From Octopus sinensis (Eukaryota), in contig NC_042998.1 of assembly GCF_006345805.1 (NCBI RefSeq), positions 46,376,001 through 46,440,000 of the forward strand: DNA of 64,000 nucleotides, read 5' to 3'. Both the position numbers and the translations under genes were made by a program. Position 1 is the stretch's first letter; each line of letters opens with the position of its first letter. Below the pieces are notes generated by a model, which saw only the letters and a program-made list of their open reading frames with translations, was not told where the DNA came from and made no database searches. Shown here one piece after another: positions 1-12,870 of this stretch.

Positions 1-890
1 TACTCGTTCTGTAGTATTTTTCTCATCACATCGGTGTCCAGAGTGCAGCTGATTTAACTTTGTGGCTGTTTTAATTATTAATTTCCACGGATATTCTTTT
101 AACCCATTGGTTTCAATGTAGTCAACTTCGTCTGTAGGTGTTTTCTGTTTTGCTATCCTGTTCTAGACTGTTCTGGCCACTGCATCATGCCCCATGGGAA
201 GATAATATCTGGAAGATATTCTCTCACAGTTGGCAATAATATGGTTCATGTATTCAGTGTTGGTCTTGCACAGCCTACATTTTTCTGTCAACATTTTCTG
301 CCTCTTATCCCGTAGATGCTAGGAGAGGATCTCTTGTTCTTTAATTGAATGGAAGTAGCCTTCAAAGTAGGATGCCATAAACTTGTCGGTACTCCATGTC
401 AAGTTTTTGGCACGAGTTATCCCTTCTCTGGTTTGACATTTTCGTGTCAAATACCCATGTGTTTTCTCAGTGAACTCATCTATTTTTTAAATTTTTCTCT
501 CCTGATAAATAGCTTTTACAAATGCTCCTTGTGTAGAGATCGGAATCAGATCTTATTTCATACCTCTTTTCAAGTTCATTAGCTAACCCAACTATGTTGT
601 TGATTTCATGGCCAGAAATTTGAGCACGATGGTTACTGGTCTTTTTCCTTTGCAGCAATCGTTGTTCCGGTGTCACAATATGTGCTTCATATGACATCAA
701 TACAGATTTGAGAGCACGGTCACCGTACTTACGTGGAAAGTATAACCTGTCGACTTCTCCATTGATATTAAGTTGCCTGTAGCACTGAGTAGCTTGCGAG
801 TTCGAACATCTATCTCACCGAGTTCTTGTAGTGACCAGTTCAGAAGGCCAAGCGTATGTATGTATGTATGCGCACAACTATGCACAGGCA
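1..890 (-). mobile_element. Decayed RLE-type non-LTR retrotransposon (R4/Dong-like), region downstream of RT
   Basis: Minus-strand translation gives LGLLNWSLQELGEIDVRTRKLL and the CCHC knuckle KCRLCKTNTEYMNHIIANC, with stops and frameshifts. Confidence 0.75.
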
Positions 891-2439
891 TATTTTTAAG
901 TATATATACATAATAGTATTATTACTATGTTTGCATGTACACCCCCACTCAAAAACCCCCACACTTATATACTTACAAATATATGAATGATCACATCACT
1001 TTCTCCTTCCATATATATACGTATATATATATATATACACATATACATACATGCCCTCACGCACTCACACACATACACGCGTGTGTGTGTGTATATATAT
1101 ATACATACACACGAAGGATTATATGTTTCAGTACTGAATTAGTTTCGATATTTAACACTGCTTGACATATTCCAGAAGGACAAAGACAAAGAGCATTAGG
1201 TTATACTTTGTCTATGGCAAAGGTCATATATCAGATGATAATAGCTTGTTTAACAATGTCTTTATATTGGAAATGTCCACCGATGTTTTCTCCGTCAACT
1301 TTCTATTTTATTATATTACCCCCTTTCTTTTTGTATGTCTCTTACTATTCTTCCACCGTTATCTCACTTCTCTCCTCTTTACATTTCGTTTCTGCTGTTG
1401 TTTCTCTCTTTTTTTTTCTCTCGTTGCGTCTTTACCTCACTCTTCTCCTAAACATGCTTCACTTTCTCCGTTATCCAGTAATATCAGATATCAACAAGAT
1501 ATGACGAAGATTTGACCATCTTTCAATATAGAAACGAAACCATTTTCCAACAAGAGAATTTTTTTCTATCCCACTTGATAATCAAAATGGTGACTGAACA
1601 TATCTTCAGGTATATTGACTGGCGACCATTTACCAGAAAATTTGAGTCGACTACATTAGAAACAGCAAATACACAAACTCTATAGATAAAATTGTATACT
1701 AATAAAAAACATACGCACGAGCTATATTTCACTTCAGCTTTTATATTAGTTAATAAATAAATAAATCAATAAACTGATTAACTGGTTTGTTAAAGTATTT
1801 TCGTCACAACCTGTGACTCTATTAATGATGGTGCACCTCTTTCACATGATTTTTCTCACTATCATCCATACCTTGTTTCTTCACTTTGCTGTAAAACTGA
1901 AGTACAATACAACCAGTGCATGTATTTCATTGGCAGCATGATCGTCCCAAAGTATAACAATATTTATTTCAACATACTATTTCAAATTTAGAATCAAGTA
2001 GATCAAATGCAAAATCAGAAAGGTGCATACCACTATTTAAATAAATGACATTTATATCAAGAAAACATTGAAGAAGATTAGCTGGAAATGGCAGCCAAGT
2101 CTCTATAGATTTATAAACCAAGAAATGTAACCTTCGATGCACCACTTAGTCGGAATAAATAAATAGATAAATAATGGGACGGTTACGACTGGATCACCTC
2201 TGACGAAAGGTCTTCTCGACCAGATAAAAGCAACAGGAACATTCACGACATGTATATCGTGATTACATATGCAGTTAGATGGAAGTGCTCGCAAATTGAG
2301 AGATAGATAGAAAGAAATATATAAAAAAGATACACGCAAGAGAAAGAGGATGAAAGTGAAAAGATTGGAGAAGACGGAGTGCGAAACGAGAAGGAAGAAA
2401 TTAAGATGTAGCAAAATTTGTGACGTCGCTGCATCTTTA

Positions 2440-2635
2440 GAAGTAATTTCTACTCTTCTCCTCTGGAAGCCATCTACTCGCAATACCAGAGGGCGCACAC
2501 TCTCCTACCCTGATGTAATCTCCAGGGATACAGGCATCCAGCAACAGGACCTCCGTAATGGACCGTGAAGTCTGGCGTAGCATGGTAAATTCCATTGTCT
2601 CGACCACGGTCGAACAATGATGAATGATGATGATT
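2440..2635 (+). mobile_element. 3' end of an RTE-like LINE
   Basis: LLLWKP..RGRTLSYPDVISRDTGIQQQDLRN...DREVWRSMVNSIV, followed by an (ATG)n-type tail. Confidence 0.55.
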
Positions 2636-2799
2636 AGCTGAGTTAATTAAATTTTTAAAATTAAAACATTTAAATTCAAAGAAGCAGGAAAAAAACGGAG
2701 ATAAAAAACGAAAAGAAAGGAGAGAAAAAGGAGTGGGGTAAAACAGCAGAAGATGGAGGGAGAGGGGGCGATAGGCTGCATACATCAGATCAAATGGTA

Positions 2800-3230
2800 T
2801 ACTCATCCGCGTCCCTTGGTAATGACCTTGATAGCGTTGCCGCGGAGAATGGCCAGCGACATTCGCTTCAGCAGCCATTCTACCGCGCGGGGATCATTTT
2901 TCCGACGGACCGCCGGTATCCTTATTTTGCGGAGGAAATCGGTAGTACTGGGACCGAGAACACCTGACGTCTCGACGGCAACCGGTACAAACTGATAACG
3001 GCCGGTATTTATTGATTTTTCTCGTGTTACGGACGGCGCTACCCGGGTTTGCGGCCAGTGTAGGAAAATTGGAGCCGGCGAACGTGTTGCTGTACGTTGC
3101 GTCCTACCACCCTCGAATGAAAAGCGGGTTATTCCTTCGGGGTGCTTACCATCCACGCGGTCGAGACCTGCTGGCTCTAGATGAGACGGGAAGCCAACCG
3201 CGTCTGATAGAATTTGTTTGAAGAGTTTTG
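2800..3230 (-). mobile_element. C-terminal fragment of a CRE-clade-like non-LTR retrotransposon (restriction-like endonuclease domain)
   Basis: DGKHPEG...YQFVPVAVETSGVLG...WLLKRMSLAILRGNA resembles the RPDG...F.P.A.ET.G...QR.S.AIQRGNA signature. Confidence 0.7.
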
Positions 3231-3287
3231 AATTGCATCTTAGTATAAAAAATAATTATTTTGCTACAAAAACGAAAATTTTCAAAG

Positions 3288-3365
<78 letters not shown>

Positions 3366-3372
3366 TTATCTA

Positions 3373-3405
<33 letters not shown>

Positions 3406-3543
3406 TTTTTTTCGATCCCTTTTGATCGGAATTTTACATATGTTTCCTTTCCCCCACCTTTTCTTTTTCCATCTTCGAAAAGAAAAGTTCTACATTTGTA
3501 TTTGTCCCCTCTGTGTTCAGCCCTGTGTGGCCAATAAAGAAAG

Positions 3544-3643
<100 letters not shown>

Positions 3644-3932
3644 ATACAGGTACGCTTTGTGTGTGTGTGGTGTGTGTGTGTGGTGTGTGTGTGTGCGTGT
3701 GTGTACACGTGCGCGCGCGTAAATATAAATACATATGTAAAAGCTGAGCGGGAGTTAGGCTGTAACTGAAATCGTGTCACGCATATTTGTAAATATCCTT
3801 AGGTAAATGTAGCAATTATTATATGAATAAATAAATTTAAATTGTATTGTATAAATATATAAAATAATTATTTCACTTGAGATGGGAGCAAATTATTTCA
3901 CTATAAGAACGAAAAAAAATAATATATGCCTG

Positions 3933-3963
<31 letters not shown>

Positions 3964-4312
3964 TATGTATGTGTGTGTGTGTGTGTGTGTGTTTGTGCGT
4001 GTATAACAATATTATATATATATGCATGTGTATGTGCGTGCGTGTTGCGAGTATACGCGAAGCTGGGCCTAGGATGTAACTATAGACTCAGTTGTGTCGA
4101 ACATGTTTGTAAATATATCCTAGGGCAATTGTTGCAATTATAAAATAAATAAATAAAGAAACAAAATTGAGTATGCTATTCATATGTTTTTATTCATTTA
4201 GTCTTTTACCAGTTATTGTATTGCAGCCATGCAACGTATTAGCAATACAATATTTAGAAATACGACAGCTATATATTATTCAAAAGGACTCCTAAATAAT
4301 ACAATTAAATAA

Positions 4313-4359
<47 letters not shown>

Positions 4360-4401
4360 TATATATATATATATATAATATATATATATATATACATATC
4401 A

Positions 4402-4433
<32 letters not shown>

Positions 4434-4452
4434 CATATATATATATATATAT

Positions 4453-4484
<32 letters not shown>

Positions 4485-4589
4485 ATTTATGAACAGGAAT
4501 AAACTACCTGCATCAACTTGCTATAAAAGCAGGTAGTAATTTTGCCTTGTATTTATTCTTAATCCAAGTTTTGAAGAGTGCAGTTCGAT

Positions 4590-5480
4590 ATTATCAGTTA
4601 TTTTTTTTTCAAAGCTATATTGGAAGTGACAAAGGAGCATATTCGGCATATTTTGCTTTATGAGTTCAATAAAGACAACAACGCAACGGAAAGTGCGAGG
4701 AATATTAATATAATATATAGGGAATGGAGAATAAGCGTAATCCAGTGTAAACGGTGGTTCCAGGAATTCTGAGCCGGAAACTACAGCCTAGAAACGAGCC
4801 TCATCCTGAAAGATCTATAAAACACAACGAGGACGTCCTGCAAACCCTGGTGGAAGAAAATCCCATGGTAACTGTTGAGGAACTAGAATAGAAGCTTGGA
4901 TTTGGTCATTCAACCATTCATCGACACCTGCGTGCAATCGGAAAAATCAGCAAATTGGGTTAATGGGTCCCTCACAAACTTTCTGTGTCTAATCATGTGC
5001 AGAGAGTGAATGTGTGCTCTTTTTTGCTGTCACGTTTCAGGAATGATCCTCCTTTGAACTGAATAGTGGCTGGTGACGAGAAACGGCTGTTTATAAAAAT
5101 GTCAAATGTCGAAGACAATAGGAAATACACTGGTACTCCAAGCTAAAAAAGGTCTTCATATACCGAAGGTGTTGTTATCTGTTTGGTGGGATATGAATGG
5201 TTTAGTCCACTTTGAACATTTAAACCCAAACTAAACAATAACAAAGGAGATCTACTGTGAGCAGTTTGAGCGGCTTAAGTCAGCGCACGAAGAAAAATGA
5301 CCATCTTTGGTTTCAAGACGAAAGGTGTTCTTCCATCAGGATAATGCTCAGCCACATACAGCGAGGATGACATTCCAAAGGATGGAGCAATTTGAATGAG
5401 AAACAATGCCCCACCCACAATATTCTGATTATCATTTATTCCACTCCAAAATCATTTAGACAGAAAAATATGAAAGACCA
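4590..5480 (+). mobile_element. Decayed mariner (Mos1-like) transposase
   Basis: EVTKEHIRHILLYEFNK..NATESARNIN HTH, WVPHKL, GDEK and HQDNAQPH remnants; many stops. Confidence 0.85.
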
Positions 5481-5483
5481 ATG

Positions 5484-5526
<43 letters not shown>

Positions 5527-5536
5527 TATATATATA

Positions 5537-5705
5537 CAAATTGAGATAGGGGTTGTAAATGCAACCCTCTATGGGATAACATATATCCAATATACTGTTA
5601 GTGAAGTACCCAACAAGTTAATACATAAATGTTAATGATTGCGATGCAATCAATTCATTTACTGTATCCCATAGGGGTTGCATTTACAACCCCTATCTCA
5701 ATTTG
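5537..5705. mobile_element. MITE-like foldback, ~45-bp inverted ends flanked by TA
   Basis: CAAATTGAGATAGGGGTTGTAAATGCAACC...GGTTGCATTTACAACCCCTATCTCAATTTG, with TA on both sides. Confidence 0.65.
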
Positions 5706-5912
5706 TAACTATAGTTAACTTTCTGAGGAATATGATTGCTAATTGCTTGTATACTTGAGCATCCACTCATTACTCTCTCTCTCTCTCTTCTCTCTCTCTA
5801 TCTATATAGATATATATATCTATATATATATTATAATATATATACATAAATAAATATAAATACATAAATACATACATACATACATACGTACATACATACA
5901 TACATACATACA

Positions 5913-5954
<42 letters not shown>

Positions 5955-5958
<4 letters not shown>

Positions 5959-6130
5959 ATCCAAACATGAAAACACAAAGAGAAAACACAACAACGCGAA
6001 GGACGTGGAACAAGTATAGATTATTGGACGCTCAGAAAGAAGGAAAGAAGGAGGGTTTAACGTTTCGAGCAGAGCTCTTCGTCAGAAACATAGGAAAAGG
6101 AAGATCCAAAGAAGGGAAGAAGGAGGAAAA
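5955..6130 (-). repeat. Family D hammerhead-bearing short repeat (copy 1)
   Basis: Reverse complement contains GTTT-CTGACGA-A-GAGC-TCT-GCTC-GAAAC-GTT-AAAC (6055-6089). Confidence 0.75.
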
Positions 6131-6143
6131 TATATATATGGCA

Positions 6144-6430
6144 AAGGCGCATGGTTTAGTGGTTCAATTCCTGGTGACGCGTTGTGTCCTTTAACAAGAC
6201 ACTTTATTTCATGTTGCTCCAGTCCACTCAGGTGGTAAAAATAAGTAGTACCTGTATTTCAAAGGACCAGCCTTGTCACACTCTGTGTCACGCTGAATCT
6301 CCCTGAGAACTACGTTAAGGGTACACGTATCTGTGGAGTGCTCAGCCATTTGCACGTTAATTTCGCGAGCAAGCCGTTCTATTGATCATATCAGCTGGGC
6401 CCCTCATCGACGTAACTGACGGAGTGCTCC
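6144..6430 (+). mobile_element. tRNA-derived SINE, family B
   Basis: A-box-like GGCGCATGGTTTAGTGG and B-box-like GGTTCAATTCC; body shared with the 20410, 53016, 54247, 59923 and 60900 copies. Confidence 0.8.
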
Positions 6431-6463
<33 letters not shown>

Positions 6464-7483
6464 ACTACAAAATTAGAGAATGGAGAAACATACTTAAATC
6501 AATAAAACATCAACTATCCGATGATACCCAATCAATACTTTAATACACCATTACATATGAGTAAAGGCATTATACAAAATGAGATATACAGTAATAGTAA
6601 AAAGATAAAGAGATATAAGTAAAAAATTTTCAAATATAATATGCAATTAAATCAAAACTGACAGCTGATATATATATATACAAATACTAATTTGTACTCT
6701 TATAAAAGAGCCTTAAAAACCGCATTATTTATGGGATGACCCTATATATATATATATACATGCACAAATACTAATTTGTACTCTTGTTTAGAAAAGAGCC
6801 TTAAAAAACCGCATTATTTATGGGATGACCCTATATATATCAAATGGATGTCTTATAAAAGTATTCTGCACATACAATAACAGCCATACCAATATTCCAG
6901 CATACCTCCATCATTAGCTACCTCACGGATATAACTATGGTTTCGATACCTGGCTAGTACCATTAAATCCGGTGGTGTCAAAAGCACTAAAATAAGTGTT
7001 GTTTGGGAACAAACACAACTTAGACATCACCACACTCATTCAATCCTAATTCTAGGAAGGATTAAACACTAACATTATTATTAAACTACAACAAAGAAAC
7101 ACGTTTACTCTATGTACAAAAACATTATCGGTAAATTAATCCTTTAAGTAAACATATAACTAACTCTTAAGTTATCTAACTAAATAGCAACCTAGCCCTT
7201 GAAGTCCATGCAGATAATATTCCCACCAGTTTTCCATAGTTATTAATATACATAAAAGTGAAAACTTTTATATTCTATTCTTTCCCAAAAACAAACAAAC
7301 TCGATTGAACTTAACTAATAATATAACTAATTCTGAGTGAATTACACTATTTCATGACCTAAAAGTTAATAATTAAAACACTCCATATGTATTAAATATT
7401 CGTTATTCTTACATGTTTTAATGTTATACTTATCCAGTAATTTAATGGAGATAATACTAAAATACCTTATATATATAATTATA

Positions 7484-7521
<38 letters not shown>

Positions 7522-7805
7522 AGTGGAGGCACATGGTCGAGGGATTGCAGGTTCGAATATCAGACCGGGCGATGTGTATTTATGAGCGAAACACCTAAGC
7601 TCCACGCGGCTCCGGCAGAAGGTAATGCGAACTTCCGCTGACTCTTTCGCCACAACTTTCTCTCACTCTTTCCTCCTGCATGCTTGATGCTCACCTGCGA
7701 CGGACCGCGTCCCAGTCCAGGTGAGAACCTATACGCCAAGGAAACCGGGAAACCGGCCCTATATATGTATGTGGTGTTTATATATATATATAATTATATA
7801 TATGA

Positions 7806-7837
<32 letters not shown>

Positions 7838-8138
7838 TCGTTTAGTGTTGTCTTGTCGGAAAAAAAGACTACTCAATACCATAGTAGAGATTAATAATAT
7901 ATTTTAGTTTGGTCTAGTCAATCACTTGCTACTCTGAGTTTTGTCTGTGAGTGCATACAGCTTCAGACTAGTTAAAATAAAATACCACTAAAATACTGGA
8001 TTGATGCAATCGATTACACTCTCTTAAAATTGCTGGCCTTGTGTCAAAATTGGAAAAAAAACTATTAACGAAGATAAATCTGATGCTTAAAGGGATTAAA
8101 AATGAGAAAAAAAGAAAAAAAAAGAGACCATAATATAT

Positions 8139-8350
8139 TCTTTTATTTGTTTCAGTCATTTGACTGCGGCCATGCTGGAGCACCGCCTTTAGTCGAGCAA
8201 ATCGACCCCAGGACTTATTCTTTGGAAGTCAAGTACTTATTCTATCGGTCTGGCTTGCCGAACCGCTAAGTGACGGGGACGTAAACACACCAGCATCGTT
8301 TGTCAAGCGATGTGGGGGGGGGGGCAAACACAGACACACAAACATATACA

Positions 8351-8381
<31 letters not shown>

Positions 8382-8556
8382 ATATATATATATATATATA
8401 CGACGGGCTTCTTTCAGTTTCCGTCTACCAAATCCACTCACAAGGCTTTGGTCGGCCCGAGGCTATAGTAGAAGACATTTGCCACGCAGTGGGATTGAAC
8501 CCGGAACCATGTGGCTGGTAAGCAAGCTACTTACCACACAGCCACTCCTGCGCCTA
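8139..8556 (-). mobile_element. tRNA-derived SINE, family A (central microsatellite)
   Basis: Head GGAGTGGCTGTGTGGTAAG...GGGTTCAATCCC, central (TA)/(TG) tract, tail ...GACTGAAACAAATAAAAGA; about 13 copies in the window. Confidence 0.85.
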
Positions 8557-8803
8557 TACTATATCTATACTTTTATCAAATGAATTTGCCATAAGTGTGA
8601 TGCAAACAAAGCTCGATGTTGGACTCGGCCCTATATTAATGTCTTTCTCTTCTATTGTCATCGTTACAATGTCACCTGACTTACAAATGATCAGACTCAC
8701 TTCCCACTGCATGCCTCCATTCAGCTACGATTTATTGGAATTCCAGATTTGTCTACCTTGCTATTTTTGACCAGAATTAATCAGTAATAGTCTTTTTTTT
8801 TTT

Positions 8804-8903
8804 NNNNNNNNNNNNNNNNNNNNNNNNNNNNNNNNNNNNNNNNNNNNNNNNNNNNNNNNNNNNNNNNNNNNNNNNNNNNNNNNNNNNNNNNNNNNNNNNN
8901 NNN
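8804..8903. other. Assembly gap (100 N)
   Basis: Run of N. Confidence 1.
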
Positions 8904-11460
8904 TTTGTTTTGCTCGTGTTTTGCCGCTATTTGTATCAGTTTTCCTTCCTTCTGAAGTAGATATTTTTGCAGTGCTATGGTGGTTTATTTTATAGTAGTT
9001 TTCCAGCTGTATAAGGCCTCTACCACCTTCTATACGTTGTATATATAGTCTTTCTATGTCAGATTTTGGGTGATCCTGTCATTATTTTTCTTGTTTTCCT
9101 ATCTATTTTGGTCAGTTCATTTAGTGTCCAGTTAAGGATATTGTAGCTGTAATTTATAACTGGGACAGCTAAAGTGTTAATACCTATTATCTTGTTTTTA
9201 GCATTGAGCTCTGTTTTTAGTATTGATCTAACTCGTCTATAATATTCTTTTTTTATTTTATCTTTCGTTTGTGTGTGTTATGTCTTATCTAGTTCATGGA
9301 TTCCTAAGTATTTGTAAGTTTGACTTTGGTCTAATTCTTTTATTTCAGTGGTTTTATCTATGTGATGTTGCTACTCTTAACTAGTTTTCCTCTTTTCAGG
9401 GTTACTTGGCGCATTTTTCTAATCCAAATTTCATATCTATTCTTTGGTAAATCCATGAACTGTCTTTAATAGTGTTTCCAGCTGTTTGTCATTTGCAGCG
9501 TATAGTTTTAGGTTCATCCATATATAAAAGGTGGCTGATCGTTTTGCCGTAACATTTATATCCGCATCCAGTTCTATTTAGCATATCAGATAGAGGTGAC
9601 AGTGCCAAACAGAAAAGGAGTGGAGAGAGCGTGTCTCCCTGGAATATTCCTCTTCTAATGGGGATGGCTTTGGTTTTCATGAGTCCCTCTTTTGTTTGGA
9701 GCTGTAGCACTGTTTGCCATTTATTCATAGAGTGCCCTATGAATTTTATAATTGTTGGTGATACTTTGTTAATGGCTAGTGTTTCGAGGATCTATGTGTG
9801 GGGGATACTATCAAACGCCTTTTTGTTGTCGATCCAGGCCATACTGAGGCCTTTCTTCTTTCTGTGGCAGTCTTCAGTTATGACTTTATTAATCATTAGT
9901 TGATCTTTACAGCCATATGAGCCTTTGCGGCATCCTTTCTGCTCTTCTGGAAACAGGTTGTTTTCGTCCAGGCGCTTGTTCAACCTTTGCGATATCACTG
10001 CAGTAAATGCCTTGTACATTGTAGGGAGACAGGTTATTGGTCTGTAGTCTTCTAGTTTTGCCGTCTCATTTGATTTGGGAATTAAGATGGTTTTCCCCTT
10101 CGTGAGCCATTCAGGCATTGTCTCTGGTTCTGCTAGTATGTTGTTAAAGTTTTCAGCCAGCTTTTTGTACATTCCTGTTAGATATTTCAACCAGAAGTTG
10201 GAGATCTTGTCATGCCCAGGTGCCTTCCAGTTGCTTAGTCTTTGCAGTGCCTGGGTGACCTCTTCAGTTGTTATGGGGGTCCAAAGTTGCTCAGATGCTG
10301 AGTTTGTTGTTTTAATACTCCTTTTTTTTTTGGTTGTTCGTTCGCCGACCATATTTCTCTCCAGAATTCTTCCACTTCTTCTGCCGTTGGTGCTGCAGTG
10401 ATTTCTATTATATTTTTGCCAAGTTCTTGGTAGAACTTTTTGGGGTTGGAGTTGAGCTTTTTGTTTTGTTCAAAGAAGCGCTGGCGTTTCTCGTACCGGC
10501 GGATCCTTTGTGCTTTGGCAAGGATATCTCTTCAGCTTTTCTTTTATCTCAGGTAAATCTTTTTGTGATTTATATTTGCGGAGTATTTTTTATTATTTTT
10601 TTTGCTCAGTAGCGTTGATTGTCTACTGATTTCATTAAGAATCGACAGATCTTTTCTCATTTTTGTATTTTGTTTTTGATGTTATTTATCCACAGGTTTT
10701 GTTTGGTGGTGGTACTCCTGTTTGATGGGTTTGAGTGAGTATCCAGCTTCTTTTGTGGCTGCAGTGGCTGCTGCGTATACTAAGTCATTTAGCTCAGTGA
10801 TATCGCCTTTTGTTTCAGTGGCTGTTAGTTCCGTGACGGCTAGGTTTATGCTGTTTATAATTGTTGTTGTTTCGTCTATTTTGATTTTTGGGAGGTATGG
10901 TCGGTGGTCCATTTTGAGCTCTGTGGTTTCAGTTCTTTGATCATTTTACTTTTTATATTATCATAATCATTAGGCTCCCCTTCGTTGTTTCAGGTTTTAG
11001 ATTTGTGTTGCTTTCTTTCTTATTTATATGTGTTTGTCGTGTTTTGGCTTACTGTTTGTCGTGTATTATTATGCATCCTTACGGTCTGGGTTTGTTGTTT
11101 TTTGTTTACATCGTGTTTGTTGGGAATATTGCGTTTGTCTTCGTGTTTTACTGTTTCAGTGTTTATATTATTGCGCATTGTTGTATGGCTTCTATCTACA
11201 TTTTCCTGGTGTATTTTTTCTTTTAGATGTTCTATTTCTATTTCTGATATTTTTTTTGCGTTGAGAATGTATATTCGTACGTTAGCTAGTTTATTAGGGT
11301 TCATTGCTGTATCCAAGTCTATATTTATGTTATTTTCCTTCCATATCTTATATGTATGTGTTGTTGTGTTTTCATTTTTGGGGTAGAGCACTGCTGTGAA
11401 GTATGCGTGTAGGATAGAAATGTATTCCTCACGTGTCCATTTATGTCTTTTGGGTTTTAT
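8904..11460 (-). mobile_element. RLE-type non-LTR retrotransposon (R4/Dong-like), decayed, N-terminus through RT
   Basis: Myb-like KRHKWTREEYISILHAY; RT motifs NWKAPGHDKI, YRPITCL, EEQKGCRKG, DNKKAFDS, GIFQGDTLSP, HLLYMD; then LY..R.EGGRGL. Frameshifted, runs into the gap. Confidence 0.9.
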
Positions 11461-11461
11461 T

Positions 11462-12437
11462 TGCGGGAAAGAGGAAAAAACCTCCTCGTCGAAAGAAAAC
11501 TCCGGAAGAAAACCAAAACTTTCAGATAGGGACCGTCGGACTCTTACGCGAATTGTTAGCAAGGATCACAAAAGTACAGCTCCCAAAATTACTGCAGAGC
11601 TTAATGACCACCTCGTGAACGCAGTTTCCACTAAAACTGTTCGCCGGGAGCTGCACAAGGCCGGATTTCACTGGAGGATTGCAATCAGAAAACCACTACT
11701 TTCAAAAACAAACGTTTTAAAACGTTTAGAGTGGAGTAAAAACCTACACAAGTGGTCTCTAAAGCAGTGGAAGAATGTTATTTTCTCGGACGAGTCATCC
11801 TTTACTTTATTTACCGACCGAGTATACGTGTGGAGACAGTCAAAAGAAGCATTTGACCCAGACTGCCTTCTTTCAATTGTTAAACATGGAGGAGGATCAG
11901 TGATGATCCAGGGGACTATATCTTGGAAATCCGCCGGCCCAATGGTTTCCCTTCATGGCAGAATTAATAGTCAAGACTATTTAAGCATTTTATCTGATAA
12001 AATGCATCCTATGGTTGCGGAACTGTTTCCCGAGGGAAACGCAATCTTTCAGGATGACAATGCACCAATTCACACAGCTAAAGTTGTTATTGAATTGCAC
12101 GAGGAACATTCTCGTGATGTTGAACATCTCGTGATGAGGAACATTCTCGTGATGTTGAACATCTGGCCACCACAGTCCCCAGATCTCAATATTATTGAAC
12201 ATTTATGGTGCATTTTAGAAAAACAAATGAGTCGATTTCCTCTCCACCATCATCGCTACGAGAACTGTTTTAGCTGAAGAATGGAGAAAAATTCCTTTGG
12301 AAACAATTTAAACTTTGTACAAGTTCATACTTCGTAGAATTCAAGCTGTAATTACTGCTAAAGGCGGTCCCACCCCATATTAAAATAAATTTGTTTGAAA
12401 TTTTAAGGGTGTTTTCCACTCTTTTGTCCAACTCCTG
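11462..12437 (+). mobile_element. Tc1-family transposon, 5'-truncated
   Basis: GRKPKLS HTH linker, IFSDES, FQDDNAPIH and WPPQSPDLNIIEHLW motifs; right TIR ...GTCCAACTCCTG|TA at 12437. Confidence 0.9.
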
Positions 12438-12447
12438 TATTATATAT

Positions 12448-12504
<57 letters not shown>

Positions 12505-12870
12505 CCACACACACAAATATAATGTAAAGAAACCACAAAAACCCTTGTGAAAAATAGCAACCCAGGGCTTCGTGGATGAAATACATATCAAATCAACTTC
12601 AACGTAAAAAACCGTTGTTTTATGTAGATCGAAAAATTGGGGTTAATCCAGAATCGCAACTCCCCTTGAAAAATGCATTTTTGGGGAAAGAAATTTCGGT
12701 GGATTTCTGTTTTAGATGTCGGAGATTACGAATATGTAAAAAAAACCTTTTCAAATTTAACCCTCCACCCCAATTTAAAATTTTGAACTTTTTTGGGAAT
12801 TGTTTTTAAAAACCGCCTTTTCCAAATTTAAAATGCCCACCTCAACCTCTCCTTCCCCCAAATTTAAAAC

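Noticed and set aside
2200-2230. CTGACGA plus GGTC/GACC hairpin as a hammerhead
   Set aside because: No GAAA after stem II and no stem III or stem I partner.
8804-8903. Missing LINE 3' end or Tc1 left end as a biological rearrangement
   Set aside because: An assembly gap hides the junction, so the nesting order cannot be determined.
11396-11461. N-terminus of the 293-aa ORF as a transposase start
   Set aside because: These codons are the antisense strand of the adjacent LINE; the ORF is a chimeric read-through into a truncated Tc1.
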